From Alphaproteobacteria bacterium (GTDB lineage: Bacteria; Pseudomonadota; Alphaproteobacteria; Bin95): a DNA stretch of 64,000 nt. The notes beneath the pieces are model-generated. The model was not told the DNA's origin, made no database searches, and worked only from the letters and a program-made list of their open reading frames with translations. The first letter of the stretch is position 1, and every line of letters starts with the position of its first letter. The position numbers and the translations under genes were made by a program. Below, in pieces: positions 29,899-40,833 of this stretch. Location of the stretch: positions 256,001 to 320,000 of the forward strand of contig OZ219787.1 in the NCBI GenBank assembly GCA_964291285.2, read 5' to 3'.

Positions 29899-30134
29899 GC
29901 GATCTCGATCGTGTAGTCCTCGATGACCGGATTGGCGAGCAGGCGCTCGCACATGGCCGCGAGCGCGGCCTCGGCGGCGGCCGGATCGGTTTCTGCGAGC
30001 TCCAGCTCGATCACCTTGCCCTGGCGGGCCGCCGCCACGCCCTCGAAACCGAGCCCCGCCAGCGCCTGCGCGACCGCCTTGCCCTGCGGGTCGAGCACGC
30101 CGGCGCGGGGCATGACCAGCACCCGCGCCTTCAC
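29895..30134 (-). CDS. purS: FGAM synthase PurS subunit
   Basis: [24 protein letters not shown]. Confidence 0.96.
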   Translation of the reverse strand: MKARVLVMPRAGVLDPQGKAVAQALAGLGFEGVAAARQGKVIELELAETDPAAAEAALAAMCERLLANPVIEDYTIEIA

Positions 30135-30889
30135 GCGCTCGCCTTCGGCAGGGGCTCTACATTGCTTTCCTGGAGGATGCCGAGGCGCCGCGCCACCTCC
30201 CGGTAGGCCTCCGCGACATCGCCCATGTCGCGGCGGAACCGGTCCTTGTCGAGCACCTCGTTGGTCTGCAGGTCCCAGAGGCGGCAGCTGTCGGGGCTGA
30301 TCTCGTCGGCCAGCACGATCCGCACGTCCTCATGGGTGTAGAGGCGTCCGAATTCCACCTTGAAATCGATCAGCCGAAGTCCGGCGCCGAGGAACAGCCC
30401 GCTCAGATAGTCGTTGACCCGGAGCGCAAGGTTGAAGATGTCGTCGAGGTCCTGCGGCGAGGCCCAGCCGAAGGCGGTGATGTGCTCTTCCGTCACCATC
30501 GGGTCGTCGAGTTCGTCGTTCTTGTAATAGTACTCGACGATGGACCGGGGCAGTGGCGTGCCTTCCTCGATCTTGAAGCGCGACGCCAGCGACCCGGCGG
30601 CGATGTTCCGCACGACCACCTCGACCGGAATGATCTCGACTTCGCGGATCAGCTGCTCGCGCATGTTCAGCCGGCGCACGAAATGGGTCGGGATGCCCAT
30701 CTCCTGCAGCCGGACCATCAGATATTCGGAAATCCGGTTGTTCAGCACCCCCTTGCCGGAGATCGTGGCTTTCTTGCGGTTGTTGAAGGCAGTGGCGTCG
30801 TCCTTGAAATACTGGACGAGCGTTCCGGGCTCGGGGCCTTCGTAGAGAACCTTGGCCTTGCCCTCGTAGATGCGTTTGCGTCTTGCCAT
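30131..30889 (-). CDS. purC: SAICAR synthetase
   Basis: [43 protein letters not shown]. Confidence 0.97.
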   Translation of the reverse strand: MARRKRIYEGKAKVLYEGPEPGTLVQYFKDDATAFNNRKKATISGKGVLNNRISEYLMVRLQEMGIPTHFVRRLNMREQLIREVEIIPVEVVVRNIAAGSLASRFKIEEGTPLPRSIVEYYYKNDELDDPMVTEEHITAFGWASPQDLDDIFNLALRVNDYLSGLFLGAGLRLIDFKVEFGRLYTHEDVRIVLADEISPDSCRLWDLQTNEVLDKDRFRRDMGDVAEAYREVARRLGILQESNVEPLPKASA

Positions 30890-30980
30890 GGGTGTCCACC
30901 GAGTACCGCCCGACGGAGGACCGGCAAAGCGCCGGGCCCGCGAGCCGCCGAATCCGATATAGCAATACCGGCGCTTCTTC

Positions 30981-31730
30981 TCAATGAAGCTCTGTGTAAC
31001 CGCCGGTTTCGGGCCATGAGCGGGCGAAACGCCAGACGGGCCGGGCATCGGCGCGGGCCGGCAAAGCGAGCAGGGCGCGCGACACGGTGGCGAAGCCCCA
31101 ACCGGTGCGCACATGCATTGCGCCGTTCGGATCGGCGACGCCGGGCGCGGTTTCCTCCGACAGGAGCAGGCTTTCCCACTCGGCCCAGCCACCGGGCGCA
31201 TCCGGGTCCGGAGGCCGGGCGGCCTCGAACCGGGGCAGGTAATGGTCGATGCGCTCGGACGCGGCGCGGTCGTTCAGGTCCGAGGCGGTCAGCATGGAAA
31301 GGCCCGGCGAGACCGCATGCGCCGATACGCCGCGCCCGCCCGCATGGCGGATCCAGAAGGCGTCTTCGCGGTCCGCCACCAGCATGTTGAAGCTGCGATA
31401 GGCGCGCCCGTCCACTTCCGCCATGGCCGCCGCCGCGTCTTCCGCCGTGCCGTGGTCGAGCGCCTCCAGCACCAGCGCGCCGCGCGTGCGTTTGCCTTGG
31501 GCGGGGCCGAGCGAGCCGCGCCGGTTGAGGATGGCGGCCACGACGCCCGCCCCGTTCAGCCCCATCCAGCTGCCGCCCGCCTCCTCGTCGAAGCCGGCGA
31601 GCACGCCCGGCCGGTCGGGCCAGTGGCGGGCCGGCGGCCGCCAAGGGCGGTTCACCGCTTCGTCGCGATTCGCGGCGATGATCGCGGGCCAGGCATGGCC
31701 GGGCCTGCGGAGCAGGACGACAGTACACAT
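30981..31730 (-). CDS. NRDE/TANGO2-family protein
   Basis: MCTVV...IAANRDE...GGSWMGLN. Confidence 0.9.
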   Translation of the reverse strand: MCTVVLLRRPGHAWPAIIAANRDEAVNRPWRPPARHWPDRPGVLAGFDEEAGGSWMGLNGAGVVAAILNRRGSLGPAQGKRTRGALVLEALDHGTAEDAAAAMAEVDGRAYRSFNMLVADREDAFWIRHAGGRGVSAHAVSPGLSMLTASDLNDRAASERIDHYLPRFEAARPPDPDAPGGWAEWESLLLSEETAPGVADPNGAMHVRTGWGFATVSRALLALPARADARPVWRFARSWPETGGYTELH

Positions 31731-31812
31731 GGAAGCTATGCAAATCCGGAGCGGGACTGGCTATATATCGCCCGTAACCCGCCCGACCAAGCTAGCTAAG
31801 GGGACGACCCGC

Positions 31813-32133
31813 ATGGCGACCTTCGCAGATCGCGAAAAGCAGTTCGAGACCAAATACAGCCACGATGAGGAGCTGCGCTTCAAGGTGCAGGCCCGGCGCA
31901 ACCGGCTGTTCGGCGAGTGGGCGGGCGCGCAATGGGGGCTCGACGGCGAGGACCTGCAGGCCTACGCCCGCACGGTGGTCCAGTCGGATTTCGACCGTCC
32001 CGGCGACGACGACGTGCTGGAAAAGGTGCTGGCCGACCTCAGCGCGCAGGGCATAGACACCGACGCCCGGCGGCTGCGCAACCGCATGGAGGAGCTGCTC
32101 CAGGAGGCCAAGGCGCAGATCATGGCGGATTAG
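31813..32133 (+). CDS. DUF1476 protein (F1Fo ATPase zeta inhibitor family)
   Basis: MATFADREKQFETKYSHDEELRFKVQARRNRLFGEWA. Confidence 0.92.
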   Translation: MATFADREKQFETKYSHDEELRFKVQARRNRLFGEWAGAQWGLDGEDLQAYARTVVQSDFDRPGDDDVLEKVLADLSAQGIDTDARRLRNRMEELLQEAKAQIMAD

Positions 32134-32150
32134 CGCCGCCTCGCGCCCCC

Positions 32151-33293
32151 TCAGCAGTCGCGCCAGCGGCGGGCGAGGGCCTCATATGCTTCCGCCGCCT
32201 CGGCGATATGCGCTACGGGGCAGTATTCGTCGGTCTGGTGCGCCATGTGCATCTCGCCCGGCCCGAGGATCACGGTCGGCGGGTGGCCGCAGGCCGGCGT
32301 CAGTGCGGAGGCGTCGGTGAAATAGGGCGCGCCGCGCGGCTCGATGCTTTCGCCGAGCAGCGGCTCCATCAGCCGCCAGACCTCCCGGATCCACGGGTGG
32401 GTATGCGGGGTATGGACGCCGCCCACATCGACGATACGCGCGATCCGGTTCTCGCCGCCGAGATAACCCTCGAGGCCGGAGACGATCCTGTCATGGTCCT
32501 GCTCCGGCAGGGTGCGGATATCGACGGTGAAGGCGGCGCGGTCCGGCACCGAGTTGAGGTTCTGGCCGCCCTCCATGGTGCCGACATTGAGGGTCGAGCG
32601 GCCCAGCAGCTCGTGCGGCTTCACGTTGAAGTCGAAATCCTCGAGCTTCGTCACCGCGCGCGCCGCCCTGTAGATGGCGTTCACGCCCCGCTCCGGCATC
32701 GAGCCGTGGGCGGCGACGCCTTCCGTCTCCACCCTGAGCCAGAGCGCGCCCTTGTGGCCGAGGACGGGGTAGTTCGCCGTCGGCTCCGCGATGACGATGG
32801 CGCCGGCCTCGCCGAGCACGCCGGTCCTGCCCAGATGGGAGGAGCCCTCGCAACCGGTCTCCTCGCCGGCGCAGATCGCGAGCACGATGTCCGCATTCCC
32901 CCGCTTTTGGTCGGCCGCGAGCTTCATCGCGGCATGGACGAAGGCGGCGACGCCGGATTTCATGTCGGTCGAGCCGCGCCCGTATAGCCTGTCGTCGATG
33001 ATCTCGGCGCCGAAGGGATCGACCGACCACTCCTTCGCGCCCAAGGGCACCACGTCGATGTGCCCGCCGAAGCACAGCGGCTTCTTCCGGTCCGCGGCGT
33101 CTCCCAGGCCCCGCAACAGGGCGACAAGGCTCGTCCGCCCCGGCGCGAAGTCGTGATAGGAGACTTCGAGACCTGCGCCGGCGAGCAGGTCGCCCAGATA
33201 GCGCGCGCACTCGGCTTCCCGGCCGGGCGGGTTGCGCGTGTCCATGCGGACCAGGTCCCTGGCGATGTCGAGCGCGGACGGAATGGGGGGCAT
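32151..33293 (-). CDS. M20 metallopeptidase (DapE/ArgE-like)
   Basis: GHIDVVP, YGRGSTDMKSG, GEETG, AHQTDE. Confidence 0.9.
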   Translation of the reverse strand: MPPIPSALDIARDLVRMDTRNPPGREAECARYLGDLLAGAGLEVSYHDFAPGRTSLVALLRGLGDAADRKKPLCFGGHIDVVPLGAKEWSVDPFGAEIIDDRLYGRGSTDMKSGVAAFVHAAMKLAADQKRGNADIVLAICAGEETGCEGSSHLGRTGVLGEAGAIVIAEPTANYPVLGHKGALWLRVETEGVAAHGSMPERGVNAIYRAARAVTKLEDFDFNVKPHELLGRSTLNVGTMEGGQNLNSVPDRAAFTVDIRTLPEQDHDRIVSGLEGYLGGENRIARIVDVGGVHTPHTHPWIREVWRLMEPLLGESIEPRGAPYFTDASALTPACGHPPTVILGPGEMHMAHQTDEYCPVAHIAEAAEAYEALARRWRDC

Positions 33294-33302
33294 GGCAGGC
33301 GG

Positions 33303-34475
33303 CTACCCCGTCTCCTCCATGAGCTCGCGCCCGATGAGCCAGCGGCGGATTTCGCTGGTGCCCGCGCCGATCTCGTAGAGCTTGGCGTCGCGGACCACGC
33401 GCCCGACGGGGCTTTCGTTGACATAGCCCATGCCGCCCAGGCACTGGACCGCCTCCAGCGCCAGCCAGGTCGCCTTCTCCGCGGCGTAGAGGATGGCGCC
33501 GGCGGCGTCCTTGCGGGTCGTGTCGCCCCGGTCGCAGGCCTGCGCCACCGCATACACATAGGCCCGGCAGGCGTTCATCGTCACATACATGTCGGCGAGC
33601 TTGCCCTGCATGAGCTGGAAGGAGCCGATCGGCTGGCCGAACTGCCGGCGCTCATGCAGATAGGGCACGGCCGCATCCATCGCCGCCTGCATGAGGCCGA
33701 GCGGCCCGCCGGCGAGCACCAGGCGTTCGTAGTCGAGGCCGCTCATCAGCACCCGCACGCCTTCGTTCTCGCAGCCGAGAAGGTTCTCCTCCGGCACCTC
33801 GCAATCCTCGAAGATGAGTTCGCTGGTGCCCGAGCCGCGCATGCCGAGCTTGTCGAGCTTCTGCCCGGGCCGGAAGCCCCGGAAGCCGCTCTCGACCAGG
33901 AAGGCGGAGATGCCGTGCGGGCCGGCGTCCGGCGCGGTCCTGGCATAGACGACCAGCACATCGGCGTCCGGGCCGTTGGTGCACCACATCTTGGTGCCGT
34001 TCAGCACATATCGGGAGCCGCGCCTGTCCGCCCGGCAGGACATGGCGACCACGTCCGAGCCCGCGCCCGGCTCGCTCATGGAGAGCGCCCCCACATGCTC
34101 GCCCGAGATCAGCTTCGGCAGGTAGCGGCGCTTCTGCGCCTCCGTGCCGTTGCGGCGGATCTGGTTGACGCAGAGATTGGAATGCGCCCCGTAGGAGAGG
34201 CCGACCGCTCCGGAGGCGCGGCTGACCTCCTCCATCGCCACGACATGGGCGGTGTAGCCCATCTCCGCGCCGCCGAACTCCTCCTCCACGGTGATGCCGT
34301 GCAGGCCGAGCGCGCCCATTTCCGGCCAGAGCTCGCGCGGGAACTCGTTGGACCGGTCGATGGCGTCGGCGCGCGGCAGGATCTCGTCCGCCGCGAAGGT
34401 CTCGACCGAGGCGCGCAGCAGATCGACCGCTTCGCCCAGGCCGAAGTCGAACGGCGGGAGCGCGTTGGGGCGCAT
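33303..34475 (-). CDS. ivd: isovaleryl-CoA dehydrogenase
   Basis: [45 protein letters not shown]. Confidence 0.93.
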   Translation of the reverse strand: MRPNALPPFDFGLGEAVDLLRASVETFAADEILPRADAIDRSNEFPRELWPEMGALGLHGITVEEEFGGAEMGYTAHVVAMEEVSRASGAVGLSYGAHSNLCVNQIRRNGTEAQKRRYLPKLISGEHVGALSMSEPGAGSDVVAMSCRADRRGSRYVLNGTKMWCTNGPDADVLVVYARTAPDAGPHGISAFLVESGFRGFRPGQKLDKLGMRGSGTSELIFEDCEVPEENLLGCENEGVRVLMSGLDYERLVLAGGPLGLMQAAMDAAVPYLHERRQFGQPIGSFQLMQGKLADMYVTMNACRAYVYAVAQACDRGDTTRKDAAGAILYAAEKATWLALEAVQCLGGMGYVNESPVGRVVRDAKLYEIGAGTSEIRRWLIGRELMEETG

Positions 34476-34493
34476 GGGATGCCTCCGGGGCGT

Positions 34494-35330
34494 TCAGCCC
34501 ACTGCAAGCGAGGCGTTGCGCCGGTCCGTCACCAGCATGTGGGCCGGCGTGTGGGTGACGGCGAGCGGCGGCCTCGCCGAGCGCACCGCGACCTGCGGCG
34601 TCACCCCGCAGGCCCAGAAGACCGGCATTTCATCGGGCGCAAGCATCGGGTCGTCGCCCTGCCAGGCGCGGCCGATATCCTCGATGCCGATGAGCTCCGG
34701 CATGCCGAGATGCACAGGCGCGCCATGCACGCGCGGATAGCGGCTGGTGATCTGCACGGCCTTGACCGCATCCGCCGGCGTGAACGGCCGCATCGACACG
34801 ACCATCTTGCCGGAGAACCGGCCGGCGGGCGCGCAGTCGATATCGGTCAGGAACATCGGGCACACGCTGCCGTCCTCCCAGTGGCGGAGCCTGAGGCCGG
34901 CATCCACCAGCGGTTCCTCGAAGGAGAAGGAGCAACCAAGCGCGAAGACCACGAAATCGTCCCGCCAGAGATCCTCGATGCTCACGACATCGCCGTCATA
35001 TTCGCCGTCCCGGAACACCCGGTAGCTGGAGAGGTCCGTCCTGATGTCGAGGTCCTCCGCCAGCTCCGGCAGGCGGGGGTCGCCCGGCTCGGACACGGCC
35101 AGCAGCGGGCAGGGCTTCGGGTTGCGGTGGCAGAACCGGAGGAACTCGTCCGCATAGTCCTCGGGCAGGATCGCCAGATTGGCCTGCACATAGCCCTTGG
35201 CGAGCGCGCCGGTATGGCCGCGATATTCGCCGGTGCGGATATGGCGCCGGACTTCCCGCGGGTCGGTCGTGTCCCATGCGAGCCCGAGCCCGTGGGGGGC
35301 TTCGGCCAGAGCGGTTGCGAATGCGTTCAT
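34494..35330 (-). CDS. putative hydro-lyase / D-glutamate cyclase family (DUF1445)
   Basis: VQANLAILP, NPKPCPLL, GCSFSFE, VFWACGVTPQ. Confidence 0.9.
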   Translation of the reverse strand: MNAFATALAEAPHGLGLAWDTTDPREVRRHIRTGEYRGHTGALAKGYVQANLAILPEDYADEFLRFCHRNPKPCPLLAVSEPGDPRLPELAEDLDIRTDLSSYRVFRDGEYDGDVVSIEDLWRDDFVVFALGCSFSFEEPLVDAGLRLRHWEDGSVCPMFLTDIDCAPAGRFSGKMVVSMRPFTPADAVKAVQITSRYPRVHGAPVHLGMPELIGIEDIGRAWQGDDPMLAPDEMPVFWACGVTPQVAVRSARPPLAVTHTPAHMLVTDRRNASLAVG

Positions 35331-35408
35331 GACTCCTCCTCGCCGGGACGTCCCGACACGCCGTTATGTCTTCCGGGCCGGGAGTTTAGCCCGGATGTTA
35401 CCGTTCGG

Positions 35409-36647
35409 TCACGGCTTCAGCGCGAGAATGCGGTCGAGGACAGGCAGGAGGTAGCGGCGGAAGGCTTCCGGGTTCTCGGACATCGGGAAGTGGCCGACAT
35501 CCTTCATCACCTCGAAATGCGCCGCGCCGATCAGCTCCGCAAGCTCCCGGCCCATTTCCGGCGTCGCTGACACATCGTAGTCGCCGCTCAGCAGGTAGAT
35601 CGGGCAGTCCGAGTCCGCGAGCGCCGCCGCGCCGCCGTTGCGGAGGTCGCCGTCCTCGAAATAGTAGTGCAGGTCGCCGGCGAAGACCCCCGGGCCGCCC
35701 TGCATGTAGTGCCACATGGTCTCCCACCGCTCTGCCGCGGGCGAGCCGGGCGCCGTCATGCCGGCCATCGAGGCGCCCGCCGCCATGCCCGCATGGATGT
35801 CCGGCCGGGCGAGCGCCAAACCCGGCACGGGGTCGCCCAGGCTCCGGTCCTCGGCGTAGAGCGCCGATTGCAGCCCGATCGCCGCCCGGAAGCGCGCGCC
35901 GTGGCGGAGCGCCAGATGCAGCACGGCGCGGCCGCCGATGGAACAGCCCATGACGACGGGCCGCTCCAGTTGGAGCGCGTCGGCGACGGCCATCACCGTC
36001 TCCACATAGGAGTCGGTGGTGAGCCGGTACACCTCCTTCCCGAAGCCCTCGGGCGGGGAGGACTTGCCGTGCCAGGGCAGGTCGAAGGCGATGACGCGGA
36101 AGCGTGCCGTCACCTCCGGGTCGTTCAGGATATGGCGGTATTGCCGCCCGTCGCTGCCGGCGGTGTGCAGGCAGAGCAGCGGCACGCCCGCGCCCGCCTC
36201 CTCGAAATAGAGCCGGTGCGCGCGGCCGCCGATCCCGAGCCTGAGATAACGCCCGGTCACGGGCTCCACCTCCGGCGCGGCGGGCGGGCCGGCCTCCGGG
36301 CGGTCGTCCTCCAGACGCGAGAACAGCATCTCCAGCAGCAGCAGGTGACGCTGGAATTTCGCCATGTCGCCCGTCACGGTGAGATGCCGGGCGCGGCGCA
36401 TGGTGGCTACGGTCTGGAAGCCCGGCGCCGGGGCCTCCTTGCAAAGCTCCGCCCAGGCTTCCGGGGCCGCGCTCATCACGAGGTCCGCACCACCGGAGGC
36501 GAAGGGTCCGAAGCGAACGCCGCCCGCGTCTATGGTGACGAAGACCGTCTCGCCGCCCGAGCGGAGTTCCAGCACGAGCGGCCCGAAGCCGCGCTGCAGA
36601 GCGATATGCGGATTGGCGTTGGCGCGTTCCGCCAGATAGTCGAACAC
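35409..36647 (-). CDS. alpha/beta hydrolase with an N-terminal extension
   Basis: LCLHTAGSDGRQY, FDLPWHGKS, GCSIGG nucleophile elbow, GHFPMSENP. Confidence 0.85.
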   Translation of the reverse strand: MFDYLAERANANPHIALQRGFGPLVLELRSGGETVFVTIDAGGVRFGPFASGGADLVMSAAPEAWAELCKEAPAPGFQTVATMRRARHLTVTGDMAKFQRHLLLLEMLFSRLEDDRPEAGPPAAPEVEPVTGRYLRLGIGGRAHRLYFEEAGAGVPLLCLHTAGSDGRQYRHILNDPEVTARFRVIAFDLPWHGKSSPPEGFGKEVYRLTTDSYVETVMAVADALQLERPVVMGCSIGGRAVLHLALRHGARFRAAIGLQSALYAEDRSLGDPVPGLALARPDIHAGMAAGASMAGMTAPGSPAAERWETMWHYMQGGPGVFAGDLHYYFEDGDLRNGGAAALADSDCPIYLLSGDYDVSATPEMGRELAELIGAAHFEVMKDVGHFPMSENPEAFRRYLLPVLDRILALKP

Positions 36648-36713
36648 GGGTTCCGGTTCCTTGGCGCTGCGGTCGCGCTGAGCGTAGCAGGGGCCGATGC
36701 GGGCCGGATAGCG

Positions 36714-37466
36714 CTATCTGAGCCCGAAGGCGGCGTTGGCCATGATGTAGAGGCCGAGCGCCAGCACGGCGAGGAAGAACACCCGCCGGAAACGCGCCTC
36801 GGAGAGCCGCCGCCTAAGCAGCAGCCCGAGCCCCATGCCGAGGAAGGCCGGCGCGAGCGCGGCGGCCGACGCGAGCCCGAGCGGCCCGTCGAGCAGGCCG
36901 TGGCGCTCCAGCGAGACGGCGAGCGCCACGGTCGAGACGGTGAACAGCATGCCCATGGCCTGCACGAGTGCATCGCGGCCGAGGCCGATGGCCTGGAGGT
37001 AGAGCACGCCGGGCACGACGAAGGAGCCGGTCATGCCGGTGAGCACGCCGTTCACGGTGCCGAAGACCGGTCCCGTCCAGCTCTGCCAGCGCGCCGGAAT
37101 CGAGATGCCCAGCCCTGCGAGCCCCTGCGCCGCATAGGCCGCGAGCAGCAGGCCGAGAAGGCCGGAGAGCAGCGCGAGATCGATGCTGACGAGCGCGGCC
37201 GCGCCGATCCACACGGTGAGCGCGGCAGCGGCAAGGAAGGGCCAGAGCCGCCGGATGAGCGCCCGCCCGTTCCCGCCCACGACCGCCTGCAGGAGATTGG
37301 TGGCGAAGGAGGGCGCCACCATCAGCGCCATGGCCGTGGTGAGGTCGAAGGCGGCCGTCAGGAGGCCGAGGCTCACGGTCGGCAGCCCGAGCCCCACCAC
37401 CCCCTTCACGGCGCCCGCAAGCAGGAAGACACCCGCGATCAGCGCAACCGAGGCAGGATCGAACAT
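36714..37466 (-). CDS. TauE/SafE (TSUP) family transporter
   Basis: LAGAVKGVVGLGLP; multiple TM helices. Confidence 0.85.
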   Translation of the reverse strand: MFDPASVALIAGVFLLAGAVKGVVGLGLPTVSLGLLTAAFDLTTAMALMVAPSFATNLLQAVVGGNGRALIRRLWPFLAAAALTVWIGAAALVSIDLALLSGLLGLLLAAYAAQGLAGLGISIPARWQSWTGPVFGTVNGVLTGMTGSFVVPGVLYLQAIGLGRDALVQAMGMLFTVSTVALAVSLERHGLLDGPLGLASAAALAPAFLGMGLGLLLRRRLSEARFRRVFFLAVLALGLYIMANAAFGLR

Positions 37467-37487
37467 GATTGCTGTCACGCTATTGCG

Positions 37488-37832
37488 TCATTCCTTTACC
37501 GGCGGAACCAACGGTTCGAGCATCGCGACGAGGACGGGCATCTCATCGGCCGCCGTCTTCCAAACGATATCGAGGTCTATGTCCCAGTAGGCGTGAACCA
37601 GGCGATTTCGCATTCCGACTATTTCAACCCAAGGGATTTCAGGCAGTTGCGCGCGTCCGGTTTCGCTTGTTCGCGCGGCAGCTTCACCGACAATTTCGAT
37701 CAGCTTGACCAGGGACCGTGCCAGATGGCGGTCTTCCCCAAGATCGCCCCGTTGCCGTCCTCTTACGGACGAAACTGCTTCACTGGCGGCATCCAGCATG
37801 TGCCGCAGGCGAACCTCGTCACTCTTGCGCAT
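37488..37832 (-). CDS. HEPN toxin (DUF86/HepT-like)
   Basis: [23 protein letters not shown] (RX4H motif). Confidence 0.92.
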   Translation of the reverse strand: MRKSDEVRLRHMLDAASEAVSSVRGRQRGDLGEDRHLARSLVKLIEIVGEAAARTSETGRAQLPEIPWVEIVGMRNRLVHAYWDIDLDIVWKTAADEMPVLVAMLEPLVPPVKE

Positions 37833-38124
37833 ATTGGAGTTCGGCTTCGTCCATCACCTGCTGGCGAAAGTACCGGCTCAGGTCTCCAGGTGTCCTCAGA
37901 TCGACCTTGCGGCCGTCGAACAACCCGGAAAGCTCCAACTCCATTCCCGTGAGTCGGATCAGGCCCGGAACACGCTCGGGATCGAATTCGACCAGAAGGT
38001 CGATATCGCTGTCCGGTCCGAAATCGTCGCGGAGCGCGGATCCGAAAACAGAGAGCCGCCTTATCCCGTTCGCCCGGCAGAATGCCGCCAACCTCCGCTT
38101 GGGCACGGCCAGTTGCGGGTTCAT
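37819..38124 (-). CDS. minimal nucleotidyltransferase antitoxin (MNT)
   Basis: [22 protein letters not shown]. Confidence 0.92.
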   Translation of the reverse strand: MNPQLAVPKRRLAAFCRANGIRRLSVFGSALRDDFGPDSDIDLLVEFDPERVPGLIRLTGMELELSGLFDGRKVDLRTPGDLSRYFRQQVMDEAELQYAQE

Positions 38125-38138
38125 CGCTCCCGCCTCCT

Positions 38139-38615
38139 TTAACCGTCGTTCGCGGAAAGGCCGTCCCCGTCGCCGTCCTGCTGCACGGCTTCGGCGAAGC
38201 GGTCGAAGAACTGGCCGGCCAGCTTGCGCGCCGTGCCCTGGATGAGGCGCGAGCCGATCTGGGCGAGCTTGCCGCCCACCTGCGCGTCCGCCTCATAGGT
38301 CAGCACCGTGGCATCCCCGTCCTCGGCGAGCCTGACCCACGCCCCGCCGCGCGCGAAGCCTGCCGCCCCGCCCGTGCCCTCGCCGGAGATGCGGTAGCGT
38401 TCCGGGGCCACGATGTCGGTAAGCTCGACCGCGCCGGCGAAGGTCGCCTTCACCGGCCCGACCTTCGCCTGGACCGTTGCGGCGAAGGCGTTGTCGGCGG
38501 TCTTCTCCAGCTCCTGGCAGCCGGGAATCGCGGCCTTCAGCACTTCGGGGTCGTTGAGCGCCTGCCAGACCGTCTCGCGCGGGGCCTCGATGCGCCGTTC
38601 GCCGGTGAGTTCCAT
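38139..38615 (-). CDS. coxG: CoxG/SRPBCC protein
   Basis: [39 protein letters not shown]. Confidence 0.88.
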   Translation of the reverse strand: MELTGERRIEAPRETVWQALNDPEVLKAAIPGCQELEKTADNAFAATVQAKVGPVKATFAGAVELTDIVAPERYRISGEGTGGAAGFARGGAWVRLAEDGDATVLTYEADAQVGGKLAQIGSRLIQGTARKLAGQFFDRFAEAVQQDGDGDGLSANDG

Positions 38616-38783
38616 GGGTAGGGCAGCCTCCGCGCTTGCCGGAACGGGAACCCGCGCACTCTAACCCGCCTGCGGCAACCCGCAAATGCCGCCGTCTTGG
38701 CCGGGGACCGGCGCTGGGGCATATTGGCCCGTCCTGCGCGCCGGCGGGCCCGGCGGCTTCGGGGGGCTATCGGGGAGGGATCC

Positions 38784-40205
38784 ATGCGTGTGCTTGCCGC
38801 ATCCATTTCGGCCTTGCTGCTCGGCACCGGACCGGCGCTCGCCGCCGGCGCGGGCGCGCCGCATCTGGACGGCGGAGAGCTGGGCCTGATCTGGTGCGTG
38901 CCCTTCGTCGGCATCCTGTTGTCGATCGCGCTCTTCCCGCTGCTGGCGCCGACCTTCTGGCACCACCATTTCGGCAAGGTGTCGGCCTTCTGGGCGTTCG
39001 CCTTCCTGCTGCCCTTTCTCGTGGTGTTCGGCTGGGAGCTCACCCTGTTCGAGATCCTGCATGTCGGGCTGCTCGAATACATCCCCTTCATCATCCTGCT
39101 GCTCTCGCTCTTCACCGTGGCCGGCGGCATCCGGCTCACCGGCCGGCTGGTCGGCACGCCCGTCGTCAACACCGGCATCCTGCTGCTCGGCACGGTGCTG
39201 GCGAGCTGGATGGGCACCACGGGCGCGGCGATGCTGCTCATCCGCCCGATCATCCGGGCCAACGAGTGGCGCCGCTACAAGGTCCACACCATGGTGTTCT
39301 TCATCTTCCTGGTGGCGAACATCGGCGGCTCGCTGACGCCCCTGGGAGACCCGCCGCTGTTCCTGGGGTTCCTGAAGGGCGTCGATTTCTTCTGGCCGAC
39401 CGAGGCGATGCTGGTGCCGATGCTGCTCGTCTCCGTCCTGCTGCTGGTGCTCTATTACGGCGTGGACAGCTTCCTCTACCGGCGCGAGACGGGTGCGCCC
39501 TCGGAGGAGGACGAAGGCGACGGCGAAAGCCTCGGCGTCACGGGCAAGGTCAACTTCCTGCTGCTCGCCGGCGTCGTCGCCGCGGTGCTGATGTCGGGCG
39601 TGTGGCGGCCGGGCGTCTCCTTCGACGTCTTCCATGTGACCGTGGAGCTTCAGAACCTCTGCCGCGACCTCGCCCTGCTCGCCATCGCATACCTGTCCTG
39701 GGTCGTCACCGACCGGGCCAACCGGGACGCCAACGGCTTCTCCTGGTTCCCGATCCTGGAGGTGGGCAAGCTGTTCGCCGGCATCTTCCTCACCATCGTG
39801 CCGGCCATCGCCATACTGCGCGCGGGCACCTCGGGCGCGCTGGAGCCGGTGGTCTCGCTGGTCACGGGCGCGGACGGCCAGCCGGTCGAGGCGATGTATT
39901 TCTGGCTGACCGGCATCCTGTCGGGCTTCCTCGACAATGCGCCGACCTACCTCGTCTTCTTCAACACCGCCGGCGGCGACGCGGAGACCCTGATGGGGCC
40001 GCTCTACGGCACACTGCTCGCGATCTCGGCGGGCGCGGTGTTCATGGGCGCCAACACCTATATCGGCAACGCGCCGAACTTCATGGTGCGGGCGATCTGC
40101 GAGGAGCGCGGCATCCCGATGCCGAGCTTCTTCGGCTACATGGCCTGGTCCGTCGGTATCCTGGCGCCGATCTTCCTGCTGGTAACGCTGGTCTTCTTCC
40201 CGTAG
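38784..40205 (+). CDS. putative Na+/H+ antiporter (ion transporter superfamily)
   Basis: ANIGGSLTPLGDPPLFLG, LDNAPTY, TYIGNAPNFMV; many TM helices. Confidence 0.85.
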   Translation: MRVLAASISALLLGTGPALAAGAGAPHLDGGELGLIWCVPFVGILLSIALFPLLAPTFWHHHFGKVSAFWAFAFLLPFLVVFGWELTLFEILHVGLLEYIPFIILLLSLFTVAGGIRLTGRLVGTPVVNTGILLLGTVLASWMGTTGAAMLLIRPIIRANEWRRYKVHTMVFFIFLVANIGGSLTPLGDPPLFLGFLKGVDFFWPTEAMLVPMLLVSVLLLVLYYGVDSFLYRRETGAPSEEDEGDGESLGVTGKVNFLLLAGVVAAVLMSGVWRPGVSFDVFHVTVELQNLCRDLALLAIAYLSWVVTDRANRDANGFSWFPILEVGKLFAGIFLTIVPAIAILRAGTSGALEPVVSLVTGADGQPVEAMYFWLTGILSGFLDNAPTYLVFFNTAGGDAETLMGPLYGTLLAISAGAVFMGANTYIGNAPNFMVRAICEERGIPMPSFFGYMAWSVGILAPIFLLVTLVFFP

Positions 40206-40209
40206 CGGG

Positions 40210-40677
40210 CTAGCGGTCCACGCGGCGCCAGGAGAGGCGGTCGCCGGGCGCCATGCCGAGGCGGCGCGCCGTCCCGCCGGCAAGTTCGAGCACCATGCGC
40301 GCCGGATGCGGCGAGGAGATGGTGAGCCGGGAGCGCGGCACGGCGTTGGGGAAGACATGCACGATGCGCCCGTCCGCAGCGATGAACAGCATGTCGAGCG
40401 GCAGCCAGGTATCGGCCATCCACATGGTCGGCCGCTCGCGCTCGGGGAAGAGGAACAGCATGCCGGCATCGGGCGCGAGCGTGCGGCGGAACATGAGGCC
40501 GCGCGCCCGTTGGTCCGGCGTCTCGGCAAGCTCGACATGGAAGAGGCGGACGCCCGCGGCCGTCTCGATCCGCACCTCGCCGCGCCCGAACGCGATGTCC
40601 CCGGCAAAGGCCGTCGGCACCGCCGTCAGCAGCGCCGCCAGCACCCCCAGCACGCCGAACCCGTATCGCTGCCGCAT
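40210..40677 (-). CDS. DUF192 exported protein
   Basis: Signal peptide; VELAETPDQRARGLMFR, GMLF, MWM.DT.LPLDMLFI, VLELAGG. Confidence 0.9.
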   Translation of the reverse strand: MRQRYGFGVLGVLAALLTAVPTAFAGDIAFGRGEVRIETAAGVRLFHVELAETPDQRARGLMFRRTLAPDAGMLFLFPERERPTMWMADTWLPLDMLFIAADGRIVHVFPNAVPRSRLTISSPHPARMVLELAGGTARRLGMAPGDRLSWRRVDR

Positions 40678-40833
40678 GGAACAGCTCCCGTTTTGCGCCG
40701 GTATTTGTACCGCCGTCCCCGCCCGGTCGCCACGTCCCAGAGGGCGGCGCTGTTTCCGGGGTGGGAGGAGTTCATTATTCTCCGGCCGGCGATGCGCCGG
40801 GAATAACCGGGCGCATTCGGCGGGAGCAGGGCG